Shown: positions 27,158-35,931 of the stretch, in pieces
Layout of the letters: each line of letters begins with the position of its first letter
Position numbering within the stretch: position 1 is the first letter of the stretch
Source: Gammaproteobacteria bacterium
GTDB lineage: Bacteria > Pseudomonadota > Gammaproteobacteria > Pseudomonadales > Pseudohongiellaceae
Direction: 5' to 3'
Length of the DNA: 46,632 nt
Assembly: GCA_038104835.1 (NCBI GenBank)
Contig: JAYOBL010000004.1
Span: 30,953-77,584, forward strand
Notes under the pieces: generated by a model
Seen by the model: the letters and a program-made list of their open reading frames with translations, nothing else
Databases searched by the model: none
What the model was told of the DNA's origin: nothing
Program-made: the position numbers and the translations under genes

Positions 27158-28456
27158 TTAGCGCGCCTCGGCTAAAAGTGACAGCGCCTGCTCATGGTTC
27201 CAGTCGGCGATGTGCAACTGCGAAGTCCCGTCTGCTGTGCGAGTGGTACTCCAGGCCAGCTGGTCGCCCGCGGGGGAGAACACCGGCAGGATATCGGTGC
27301 CGTCGGTATTGGTCACTCTCACCGGCGCGCGCGCTCCTTCGGTATCGACAATAAACAGCTCGAAGTTCGCATGCCCTAGCTGGTTACTCGAATAGATCAG
27401 GTACTCACCACTAGGGTGGTAGTACGGTGCCCAAGCGACCATGCCATCGGCAGTGAGCTGACGCTGATTGCTGCCGTCGGCGTCCATTGTCCAAATTTCG
27501 GCGCTATTGCCATCGGGATTAAATCGCCGCCAAGTGATCTTGCTGCCGTCTGGGCTGTAGAAAGGCCCACCGTCGTACCCTGGCGAACGCGTTAGCTGAG
27601 TGACATCACTGCCGTCGGCATTCATGATGTAAAGGTCCATAAAGTAGGAGCTGTCGTCTTCGAATAGCGCCTGCTCGGCTTGGCTTAGCGTACGCGAGTA
27701 GGCTTGGCGATTAGAGGCGAAGAGAATCTTAGTGCCGTCGGCGGAGTAAGATCCTTCGGCGTCGTAGCCGTCGGCATTGCTCAGATTAATCAAATTCGAC
27801 CCGTCGCCGTTGGCCACATAGATGTCGTAATTACGATCGTAATCCCAGCCATAGGCGCGCTCGATGCCGCTTTCACGAATGGCGATTTCCTCCGCCTGCT
27901 TAGCCAACGCGTTCGGATCTTCGTGCGTAGAGGAGAACATCACGAGGTCTTGCGTTGGATGAATCCACGCGCAGGTGGTCAGGCCCACACCGGGGGAAAC
28001 GAGCCTACTCTCGCCGCTTGCGAGGTCGAGCACAAAAATTTGATAGAACGGATTATCTCCAGGCTGTTCGCTCTGGTAGATGAGCTGGGTGCCGTCGGCG
28101 CTGAAGTAGCCCTCGCCCGAACGCAGCGAGTCGTTGATCAGCTGTCGCGTGTTACTAAGCAGTACCGCTTCGTTCTGCACATCGGCATAGGGGCTAGCTT
28201 CTTCCGCAACCCAGCTGGTTGCGGCAGCAGTGCCGTCGCCGTAGCTCGAAGCCATGTCTTGCGAATAGCCTGCAGATTCTGCGGAGCCTGTGTCGTTGGT
28301 GTCTGGCGAACAGGCCGCTAGGACCGATGCGATGAGCGCAGCGCCTGCATACCGCAGGCCCTTTTCAAAGCGGCCAAAGCGGTCAAAGCGGGGGCTACTG
28401 TCCCGGGCGGCGTTTTCGCATCGCGCTGTGACGGGTGATTGTATTTTAGGAATCAT
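27158..28456 (-). CDS. TolB-like PD40 beta-propeller lipoprotein
   Basis: Lipobox VLAAC. Repeated PD40 signatures (SADGTQLIYQSE, SADGTKILFASNR, SPDGSKITWRR, HPSGEYLIYSSN, SPAGDQLAWSTTR). The stop lies 10 nt upstream of the peptidase start. Confidence 0.8.
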   Translation of the reverse strand: MIPKIQSPVTARCENAARDSSPRFDRFGRFEKGLRYAGAALIASVLAACSPDTNDTGSAESAGYSQDMASSYGDGTAAATSWVAEEASPYADVQNEAVLLSNTRQLINDSLRSGEGYFSADGTQLIYQSEQPGDNPFYQIFVLDLASGESRLVSPGVGLTTCAWIHPTQDLVMFSSTHEDPNALAKQAEEIAIRESGIERAYGWDYDRNYDIYVANGDGSNLINLSNADGYDAEGSYSADGTKILFASNRQAYSRTLSQAEQALFEDDSSYFMDLYIMNADGSDVTQLTRSPGYDGGPFYSPDGSKITWRRFNPDGNSAEIWTMDADGSNQRQLTADGMVAWAPYYHPSGEYLIYSSNQLGHANFELFIVDTEGARAPVRVTNTDGTDILPVFSPAGDQLAWSTTRTADGTSQLHIADWNHEQALSLLAEAR

Positions 28457-28485
28457 AGCTGCACTTCTCCCTGCCTAGTGAATGC

Positions 28486-29520
28486 CTAGGTGTCGAAAAT
28501 GAATTGATCCGCCTGCGGGAACACTCCGAACAAGCCGCCGGTGTGAACAAAAACTATGTCTTTGGCGCCGGCGAAGCAGCCGTCAGCGCCCTTACGAATC
28601 TCGTTTAACATTCCGAAGAACGCCTTGCCGGTGTAAACCGGATCTAAGAACAGCCCTTCGGTGGCGGCGACGAGTTTGATCGTGTCGAACACTTCGCGAT
28701 ACGCCACGCCGTAGCCAGGGCCTAGATAGCCTTCTTGTGTAAGCACTTCCAGCGAGTCAAAGTCCAAACCCGCGGCCTTTGTGCCTTCTAGCAGTTCGGC
28801 ATAGCGCCGCTGCCAGTTTCCGATGTCTTCCCGTGCGCGCTGCTCGAAGTACACCGCACTATCGCTCACGTTGAACGCCACCACCTGTTTCGCCAAGCCG
28901 AAGAGCGCATTGCCAGCAATCAGCCCGGCTTGAGTGCCACCAGAGCCAGTAGCGCAAGCAATCGCATCGGGTTTTAAGTCATGGGTGGCGAAGTCCTGCG
29001 CCATTTCTTCGCTCGCGGCGATGTAGCCCCACAGACCAACTTCGTCGCTTGCCCCTGTAGGAATAAAATACGCCTTAGAGCCAGCCACTTCCGCCTCGGC
29101 CTGGAGCTGTTCGGCGTAGCGTGGATGGGCCTCAGCCCAGCCTTGCGCAGGAAGATAGCTAATCTGTGCGCCGGCCAGTTGGTCCATCAGCAGATTGCCA
29201 CTGGCAACCTCGGGCTCTTCACCGCGCAGAATAAGCTGCACTTTAATCCCGAGCCGCGCGCCCATAATCGCCGTGGCGCGGCAGTGGTTAGACTGTATAC
29301 CGCCACAGGTAATTATCGTGTCACAGCCTTGGCGCTGCGCTTCGGCGATGCAAAATTCGAGCTTACGCAGCTTATTCCCAGACACTTCGAGACCGGTCAT
29401 CTCGTCGTGCTTAACCCACACATTGACGCCGCTGAGTGTTGCCGACAGGCGCTCTAACTTCGTTAGTGGCGTCGGCAGATCGGCGAGCTTGAGCCTGTCG
29501 GGATAGTTAACTACGCGCAT
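28486..29520 (-). CDS. PLP-dependent D-cysteine desulfhydrase / ACC deaminase family protein
   Basis: PLP-lysine context SGNKLRKLEF, GGIQSNH, and the fold-type II layout typical of DcyD/AcdS. Confidence 0.8.
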   Translation of the reverse strand: MRVVNYPDRLKLADLPTPLTKLERLSATLSGVNVWVKHDEMTGLEVSGNKLRKLEFCIAEAQRQGCDTIITCGGIQSNHCRATAIMGARLGIKVQLILRGEEPEVASGNLLMDQLAGAQISYLPAQGWAEAHPRYAEQLQAEAEVAGSKAYFIPTGASDEVGLWGYIAASEEMAQDFATHDLKPDAIACATGSGGTQAGLIAGNALFGLAKQVVAFNVSDSAVYFEQRAREDIGNWQRRYAELLEGTKAAGLDFDSLEVLTQEGYLGPGYGVAYREVFDTIKLVAATEGLFLDPVYTGKAFFGMLNEIRKGADGCFAGAKDIVFVHTGGLFGVFPQADQFIFDT

Positions 29521-29616
29521 AATGCCTGCGGCCTCGAGTGGGCCGAGTGCGTCAGCTGAGCCGAGTTAGCCCGTTGAATTCCCATAGGTTTCATTCCTAG
29601 ATTTTTCCGAACCACC

Positions 29617-30036
29617 CTACTTCGAGGCGTCGTAGGTTTGTACGGCACCGGCGGGCGCGAGGTCTTCGGCGCTGCTCGGCTTTAGAGCTTCGCTATAGAG
29701 AAACAAATCGGTGAGCACCGCGCGCAAATGAATTGAGGCGTTGAGATTGTCGACCATCTCCGAACCGATCTTGTTTTGCTTAAGAATAAAACTCAGCGCC
29801 GCATTAGCCTTAGCGCAGTCTTCGCTGATCAATTTCTCGAATGCGTCATCGCTCTGCGCGAAGGTCGAGATGAGAGAGTCCATTGCCTCGGACATGCCCT
29901 TAATAGTCGGCTGCGCATGGGGGCCTGGGCCTGTCTCTTGTCCTGCCGGCCGACCCTGCGCCGCATAGGCGAGTAAAAATTCGTAGCCGGATTCAATTGT
30001 CTCGATTGCGCTTTCAATTTTTGCTGTATCGCTCAC
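29617..30036 (-). CDS. Hypothetical small helical protein
   Basis: 139-aa ORF with no signal peptide and amphipathic helical character. I recognised no family. Coding is inferred only from its length and from the way it fills the gap between same-strand genes. Confidence 0.45.
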   Translation of the reverse strand: MSDTAKIESAIETIESGYEFLLAYAAQGRPAGQETGPGPHAQPTIKGMSEAMDSLISTFAQSDDAFEKLISEDCAKANAALSFILKQNKIGSEMVDNLNASIHLRAVLTDLFLYSEALKPSSAEDLAPAGAVQTYDASK

Positions 30037-30228
30037 AGATCTTCTCTCTTGTTTCGTAAAAGTGGTTTCAGAGTCGCCCTATTCGGCCCGAGCGTCTCTG
30101 CGAAAAAAGGGCCAGCACCTCAGCGTCTTTGCGCTAGGAGCTGACCCCCGTTTGTCTTATTCATTCAGCCCTACTGAGCTGAGCCTCGCGAACCATTCAT
30201 GCCTGGCGAGGCTTGGTGTTCGCCGGTA

Positions 30229-30996
30229 TTAGTCGGCCTGCTTTGGCGTCCACAGCTTAGGATCGTGGTTAGCTTTAAGCTCGTCTTCCGTGAGCCAGCC
30301 TTTGATCATTGAACGCGTGTAGAACAGCTTCTCCGGACGAATCGCGAAGTAGATATGCGTCGCCGCAAGCGCAACAAGCGCTAGCGTTGAAAGCCCGTGA
30401 AGAAGGAAAACCAAACCTAACTGGCTCTCCGGCATGCTGTTTGTGCGCTCCCAAAACGGCGAGTCGATCTGCAGAAACATCAACAGGCCCGTTGCAATCA
30501 CGGTTAGAACAACAACCGTTACCGCCCAGTGCATGCCCTTTTGCTCGAAGGAATACTTGCCTGGCATACGCGTAGAGTCGAAAGGCTCAGCGAAGTCCCG
30601 GGGGCCAAGCACCATAGACTTGAAATCCTGCCAAAACAGCGAGCGCACAATGTGCACTACCGTAATAAAGCTGAGCAGCAGTCCCGCCATCCAGTGCCAG
30701 TTAAGCCACGCGAAACGCAGGCCAACAATAGGCGCAATGCCGGTAATAATAAGCGCGAAGATTGAACCCGCCATCACCCAGTGGAACCAGCGGTCGATCG
30801 CTTCGTGGCGAACAACGCGCTTGCCTTCGGTCGAAGGTTTCTCGATTTTCTTGTTGGCTAATACAGCCATGACGATTGCGTGCGCAGCTAGTAGCACCAG
30901 CACAGCGACGGCAACCACCCAAAGTAGATCCCATGACACGCCTAGAATGACTTCCTCACCCCAGACATCGCGTTTATAGCGGACTATTTCTCCCAC
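30229..30996 (-). CDS. Membrane di-haem cytochrome b (FdnI / Ni-hydrogenase b-type family)
   Basis: AGGAGAGG lies 6 nt before the GTG start. Four or five TM segments with conserved His in TM helices (RWFHWVMAG, WHWMAG...VVHIVRS, MHWAVT, FLLHG...ATHIYF). Confidence 0.75.
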   Translation of the reverse strand: MGEIVRYKRDVWGEEVILGVSWDLLWVVAVAVLVLLAAHAIVMAVLANKKIEKPSTEGKRVVRHEAIDRWFHWVMAGSIFALIITGIAPIVGLRFAWLNWHWMAGLLLSFITVVHIVRSLFWQDFKSMVLGPRDFAEPFDSTRMPGKYSFEQKGMHWAVTVVVLTVIATGLLMFLQIDSPFWERTNSMPESQLGLVFLLHGLSTLALVALAATHIYFAIRPEKLFYTRSMIKGWLTEDELKANHDPKLWTPKQAD

Positions 30997-31160
30997 CTTG
31001 CACCTCTCCTAATTGTTCTTCTTGGTTAGCCGCGGTTCTATACCCGTGCTCCGCGACCTAAGAATTGTCCCGACTGATGTTGGTGTCGGTACTGCCAGCG
31101 AACTCATCGAGGACTGTCGTGCGCTGCATCCGCCGCGCTCCGCATTCCTTCTTTTTCCCT

Positions 31161-31206
31161 AGAAATAAAACGGCGCGTTAACGGCATATGAGTTCCGTTA
31201 ACGCGC
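31161..31206 (-). terminator. Rho-independent terminator downstream of the FAD subunit gene
   Basis: Perfect 12-bp stem, GCGCGTTAACGG (31173-31184) paired with CCGTTAACGCGC (31195-31206), with a 10-nt loop. On the minus strand it is followed by CGTTTTATTTCT. Confidence 0.75.
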
Positions 31207-31220
31207 TTCGAGCGTGTTGC

Positions 31221-32216
31221 TTAGCCGCGAACCGCGCGCTTAACCAGATTCTCAACCAGAGGTATCTTGAAGTGGTTGTAGTTAAGAGGCTCAGCACCCT
31301 GTGAGGCGATTGCCGCTACCTGATCAGCCAGCGCCTCTGAGCGCTGCTGGCCTTTGAGCGCGGTTTCGACTTGATCGAGTCGGCGCGGAACGCATTCAAC
31401 CGCGCCGCAGGCGATTCGTGAGTCGGTGATTACGCCGTTAGAGACCTTCATGGCGGCCGCAATGCTGACCAGCGCGAAGTCCCAAACGTTGCGATCGGCT
31501 ACTTTTTCAAAGTAGAACTCAGCGTTAGCCCAAGTGTTGGGGATACGCACCGCGGTGAGGATCTCGCCTTCGCGTAGCGCTGTCATGCTGGTGATATCGA
31601 TCGCCGGGCCTACGAAGAAGTCTTGGGCGGGAATGAGGCGTTGGCCCTTCTCGCTCATGACAACCATAGTTGCGTCTAGCGCCACTAGGCTCGGAGCCGT
31701 GTCCGAAGGGCTTACCGCCACGCAGCGGCTCGCACCGAAGATTGCGTGCTCGCGGTTCAGACCTTCAGGTGAATCGGCGTAGCAAAGATTGCCGCCGGCA
31801 CGGTAGCAGTCCAAACCACGGCGGTAGTACCAGCAGCGTGTATCCTGAACCAGGTTACCCGCCAGTGTGCCTACGTTGCGGATCTGTGGGCTAGCCACGA
31901 TACCTGCGGCCTGCGCGAGGAGTGAGAACTTCTCCTTAATGATCGGGTTCTTGGAGATTTCGGTGAGCGTAGTGACGGCGCCAATCTCGATGCCATCGCT
32001 CGTCTCTTTAATCCCTTTCCAGGCGTCTACCTGAGTCAGCTCGATCATCGCGCTGGCTGACTTGTTGCGGTCTTTCAGCCACCCGTAGGTGTCCTGACCG
32101 CCGCCAAGTAGCCAGCCGTCCTTACCGAGACTGCCAGCTAGCGCGAGCGCGTTGGCCTCATCGGTGGGCTGATAAAGCTCGATGTCGAGCATTACGTCAT
32201 GTGATGTGGCTACCAT
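31221..32216 (-). CDS. Xanthine dehydrogenase family FAD-binding subunit (CoxM/PaoB-like)
   Basis: FAD-binding domain of molybdopterin dehydrogenases (LLGGGQDTYGWLKDR, GTLAGNL). The size and its position 1 nt after the Mo subunit gene fit this call. Confidence 0.85.
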   Translation of the reverse strand: MVATSHDVMLDIELYQPTDEANALALAGSLGKDGWLLGGGQDTYGWLKDRNKSASAMIELTQVDAWKGIKETSDGIEIGAVTTLTEISKNPIIKEKFSLLAQAAGIVASPQIRNVGTLAGNLVQDTRCWYYRRGLDCYRAGGNLCYADSPEGLNREHAIFGASRCVAVSPSDTAPSLVALDATMVVMSEKGQRLIPAQDFFVGPAIDITSMTALREGEILTAVRIPNTWANAEFYFEKVADRNVWDFALVSIAAAMKVSNGVITDSRIACGAVECVPRRLDQVETALKGQQRSEALADQVAAIASQGAEPLNYNHFKIPLVENLVKRAVRG

Positions 32217-32217
32217 A

Positions 32218-34641
32218 TCAACCTCGGAAGTTATTTTGAGCCAGAGGAACGGCGTCAGACGTCACCCCTGCTACGTGGTTAATGATCATGTCAGCGGTGA
32301 CGGGCGCTGAATTAAAGAGGTGCCCGTTGAGTGAATCGCTGATCGCTGAAGCGAGGGATGCGGCAACCGCACCCATCGCCGGCTCGCCGATACCGCGCGC
32401 GCCTACGGGATTTTCTGGGTCCGGCAGATCCACCCAGCCGGTTTGGATCTTGGCTGGTGTGTCCATCATGGTTGGGATCTTGCTTTGCCAGTAGCCCGTG
32501 CTCGCGGGGAGTCCGTTCTGCGGATCGTAAAGGTGGCGCTCGTACCCTGCGAGGCCTATGCCCCACACTGCGCCGCCCACCAGCTGGTTTTTCAAACCCT
32601 GTGGGTGAACGACCGTTCCGCAATCACCAATAGTCACCATGTCGACAATTTCGTACTTGCCAGTCTCGGTGTCCATCTCGATTTCGGTGAAGGTAACCGT
32701 AAAGCCAGGGGGATTGTTGCTGTGGGGATTGTCGTGATAGATACCCATTAGCGACTGACCCGCGAGGCGCGAAACCGAGATCTTAGTGAAGTCGTTCAGC
32801 TCTTCTGGCAGATCCGATTCGCCGGTGAACTTGCCACCCAGCTCAATGCCTTTTTGTGCGATTTCCGCAAAGCTCATACCGACGCTTGCGTCTGCACTCT
32901 TGAACACGCGCTCGTCAGCGAAATCATAATCCGCTGCGTCACCGCCAAGCTCTAGCGCTGCGATCTCTTTCATCTTAGCGAGCAGGTCCTGAGCGGCACC
33001 GTAGTTGGTGCGCGTGTTAGTGAAGATCGAGTTACTGCCGTCCTGCGGCGATGTGATAGGCAGGTTGCGATCAGTACGACCCGTAACGATGTCTACGCGT
33101 TCCCAAGGCATCTGCAGTACTTCTGCTGCGGCGCGAGAGGTCGACGCGAAGGAGTAGGTACCTAGGTTACCCACGCCGTTGTGGACCTTAAGGCGGCCGT
33201 CGGCGGTGAGAAGCACAATACCGTCCATGCCGCTGCGACCCGCGTTGTGGTAGCCCTGGCCGATGCCGATGCCCGTGACCTTGCTGCCGTTGCGCTGACG
33301 CGAACGAGCCATGCGCTCCTGCAGGTTAAACTTCTCTGCGCCCATCTTCAGCGCTTCGGGCATGTACGCACTGGTGAATGGCGTGCGTCGCGCACCGCCC
33401 ACGTCGCCAGTCTGCGGCGTGTTGATTTCGCGAATCTTCAAACGATCGATACCGAGTTCTTCCGCCGCCTTGTCGAGAATAGGCGAAATGATCGCTGCAA
33501 TCTGATTCTGGCCCGGCCCACGCTGAGCGCCACGGTGGCCCGTGTTAGAACCAATAGAGGTGCCACGGAAACGCACGGCTTCGGTTTGGTAGAGGATAGA
33601 GATGCAGTCCGCTGCCGAGTAGGCATCGGCGCCTCCGCCCTTACCGCCGTTGTCGGAGATAATGTAGAGGTCAGCTGCGGCCATGGTGCCGTCGGCCTTG
33701 AAGCCACACTTAATCCAGCCTTGGAAGCCTTGGCGTGCACCGCCGATGGCTGTTTCTTCGTCGCGTGTCACGCGCATCATTACAGGGCGGTTGATCTTCT
33801 GCGACATCTTCGCAGGGATCGCCATGCTTGGAATGCTGTTCGCGCGGGCGCGCTGACCGAAGCCGCCGCCTGTCGCTTCGTTAATAAAGACGAAGTCTTC
33901 CTGTGGCACACCTACGATGCTCGCCATGCCGTCGGCTAGAGCCGACAGCGACTGCGAAGTGCCATGCAGATACAGCTTACCGTTTTCCCAGTAGGCCATC
34001 GCACTGCGCGGTTCCATCGACTGGTGCGGATAGCCCGCAGTGGTGAAGCCGCTTTCATAGACGAAGGCCGAATCGGCAAGTGCCGCGTCGAGATCGCCGT
34101 AGGAGAACGTCTGCTGAGGCTCAGCCGTTGGCTCGTTGCCCGCGCGGAAGCTCGCCACCTGATCGGCGCTCCATTTTTCTGTTGCGAAGCCCTGACGGAA
34201 GACGTAGGTATTGCCGCCGTTGTAGGCGTCTGGTCCGCCTTCGGTGAGGCTGTCTAAGGGATCGAGGACGAAAGGCAGGCGCTCGAAAGTCACAGAGATC
34301 TTTGAGATGGCTGTTTCAGCCGTCTGCTCGTCGATCGCGGCGAGCGCTAGGATAGGCTCGCCGACCAAAGTTGGCTCGTTGGTGAGCACTTTGAGGCCAG
34401 TGCTCTGCGGCTCACCGTCTGGATAAACGTCGTCTGCAGTTAGCAGGCCAAACACGCCGTCCATCGCAAGCGCTTCGCTCGCGTCGATGTTAACGACGCG
34501 GGCGTGTGGGATTGGGCTAGTGAGTAGACGCGCATAGACCATGCCTTCGCGCGTGTAATCTTCGGCGTACTTGATGCGGCCGGTCACTTTACCGTTTACA
34601 TCGGGTGGCACGAAGTCTTTACCAATGTGCATATAAGCCAT
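32218..34641 (-). CDS. Xanthine dehydrogenase family molybdopterin-binding large subunit (aldehyde oxidoreductase-like)
   Basis: Family motifs HQSMEP, GGGFGQR, and the C-terminal catalytic-Glu context GARGIGEPAMG. 807 aa. Confidence 0.9.
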   Translation of the reverse strand: MAYMHIGKDFVPPDVNGKVTGRIKYAEDYTREGMVYARLLTSPIPHARVVNIDASEALAMDGVFGLLTADDVYPDGEPQSTGLKVLTNEPTLVGEPILALAAIDEQTAETAISKISVTFERLPFVLDPLDSLTEGGPDAYNGGNTYVFRQGFATEKWSADQVASFRAGNEPTAEPQQTFSYGDLDAALADSAFVYESGFTTAGYPHQSMEPRSAMAYWENGKLYLHGTSQSLSALADGMASIVGVPQEDFVFINEATGGGFGQRARANSIPSMAIPAKMSQKINRPVMMRVTRDEETAIGGARQGFQGWIKCGFKADGTMAAADLYIISDNGGKGGGADAYSAADCISILYQTEAVRFRGTSIGSNTGHRGAQRGPGQNQIAAIISPILDKAAEELGIDRLKIREINTPQTGDVGGARRTPFTSAYMPEALKMGAEKFNLQERMARSRQRNGSKVTGIGIGQGYHNAGRSGMDGIVLLTADGRLKVHNGVGNLGTYSFASTSRAAAEVLQMPWERVDIVTGRTDRNLPITSPQDGSNSIFTNTRTNYGAAQDLLAKMKEIAALELGGDAADYDFADERVFKSADASVGMSFAEIAQKGIELGGKFTGESDLPEELNDFTKISVSRLAGQSLMGIYHDNPHSNNPPGFTVTFTEIEMDTETGKYEIVDMVTIGDCGTVVHPQGLKNQLVGGAVWGIGLAGYERHLYDPQNGLPASTGYWQSKIPTMMDTPAKIQTGWVDLPDPENPVGARGIGEPAMGAVAASLASAISDSLNGHLFNSAPVTADMIINHVAGVTSDAVPLAQNNFRG

Positions 34642-34646
34642 GAGAA

Positions 34647-35231
34647 TTATCCTATTTGCGCGGCGCGCATTACGCCATCGAGGTAAGAGTCATAAGAACC
34701 GCAGCGGCAGATGTTGCCGGACAAGCCCATGCGCGCTTCTTGGCGCGTTGGGTTTGGGTTCTCGCGGAGTAGGCCGACCGCTGCCATGATTTGTCCCGGC
34801 GTGCAGTAACCGCACTGAGGCGACAGCTCTTCAACGAACGCCTGCTGCACGGGATGCAGAGTGCCGTCAGCGGATTCAAGACCTTCGACTGTCTCTACCC
34901 GCGCATTTTTAACCGAGTGGGTTAGAACAGAGCAGGCATAGGTTGAGGTGTCATCGACTAGCACAGTGCAGGCGCCGCATTCACCGCGGTTGCATCCGAG
35001 CTTCGTGCCGGTAAGGCCGAGCTTGTAGCGCAGCGTAGAGGCCAAAGTTTCCTGAGGCGCCACATCTACTGTGCGAGACTGACCATTGACGTTGATGCGA
35101 ATCATTCGCTCGACAGCACCAGCGGGACGCGAAGCGCCGTTCGCTGCGACCCAGACACCGGTCGTGGTTGCCGCTGCGCCTGATGCAATTACGCCTTTGA
35201 TAAAGCGTCTTCGGGTAAGGTTTAAATTCAC
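34647..35231 (-). CDS. Tat-exported [2Fe-2S]-binding small subunit (CoxS/PaoA-like)
   Basis: Twin-arginine signal TRRRFIKGVIASGAAA. Cysteine clusters CNRGECGACTV, CGYCTPG and CRCGSY for two 2Fe-2S centres. GTG start. Confidence 0.9.
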   Translation of the reverse strand: MNLNLTRRRFIKGVIASGAAATTTGVWVAANGASRPAGAVERMIRINVNGQSRTVDVAPQETLASTLRYKLGLTGTKLGCNRGECGACTVLVDDTSTYACSVLTHSVKNARVETVEGLESADGTLHPVQQAFVEELSPQCGYCTPGQIMAAVGLLRENPNPTRQEARMGLSGNICRCGSYDSYLDGVMRAAQIG

Positions 35232-35516
35232 GGGTTACATTCGCCTCCGTTAAAAAGGAATTCCGTTGCGGTGGAATAGTGGGTGACCGAGCCGGTTTAG
35301 CGAACTTCAGACGCTGCGCAAACCTGCTACACAGAAATCATTACGAAGCTCGGCATCGCGAGATCACTGCAGCGATTAGATAATCGCGGCGCAGCGCGGC
35401 CCACGGGTCATAACACCGTCAGAGAGTAATCCACAGACCCCGTGAAATCAAGCAGCTACGTGGCTAGTCGTAGTTATTGAGGGGGCTCATTTCTGGTCGC
35501 GTGGCGAGTTACATTC

Positions 35517-35651
35517 TGTGACAAATTTGCCCGTTTTATTGACCGAGTTTGTCAGAATTCTGTCATTAAATTTTATGCTTTCTACGCCTTACGACAAACC
35601 CTTGTCATTTTCGCGAAACACGCCCGCGAAGCGCGGCCAATTTCTTGACAA
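35517..35651. promoter_or_regulatory. Cluster of six TGACAA/TTGTCA-type hexamers, including two inverted-repeat pairs (candidate regulator-binding array)
   Basis: TGACAAA at 35519-35525 with TTTGTCA at 35548-35554; TGTCA at 35561-35565; GACAA at 35593-35597 with TTGTC at 35602-35606, separated by a 4-nt spacer; TTGACAA at 35645-35651. Confidence 0.35.
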
Positions 35652-35672
35652 TGTTAAGTGCAGTGGTATTGT
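35645..35672 (+). promoter_or_regulatory. Candidate sigma70 promoter (perfect -35, extended -10) facing gltB
   Basis: TTGACA (35645-35650), a 16-nt spacer, then TGgTATTGT (35664-35672). It would give a leader of about 450 nt before the gltB ATG at 36128. Not validated. Confidence 0.3.
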
Positions 35673-35931
35673 TGGCGGCCGCTTGCGCATCGCACAGTAC
35701 GCGATTTTCAGTGTCAGTGGGAATCTTGGGCAGCGAGCCTTAGCTGCACCCAAGTGATTATTTGGCTCGAAACTGGCCGGCGTGTACTAAGCAGCTTGTA
35801 CCCCACAAAGGCGAAGCTCAACGCCCAGTTTCCGCTAAGAGCCGACCAACGCTTTGCATCGAGCCTACCTGAATCCGACAACCCTCGTTTGCCGGAGGCT
35901 CGGTTAACGACGCGACAAACACAGTGTTTGC

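Noticed and set aside
33181-33939. Long antisense ORFs inside confidently assigned genes: 627-1280(-), 4923-5480(+), 10423-11175(+), 27704-28321(+), 33181-33939(+), 40999-41625(-) and 43117-43650(+).
   Set aside because: Each lies opposite a gene with clear family motifs. Their translations are Arg/Ala/Pro/Ser-rich low-complexity sequence, as expected from stop-poor reverse frames in GC-rich DNA. None has a ribosome-binding site or a recognisable motif.
32218-34641. The possibility that the molybdoenzyme is an aerobic CO dehydrogenase (CoxSML).
   Set aside because: I could not find the CoxL active-site loop signature (AYxCSFR type) in the large subunit. The Tat-exported small subunit also argues for a periplasmic PaoABC/aldehyde-oxidoreductase-like enzyme instead.
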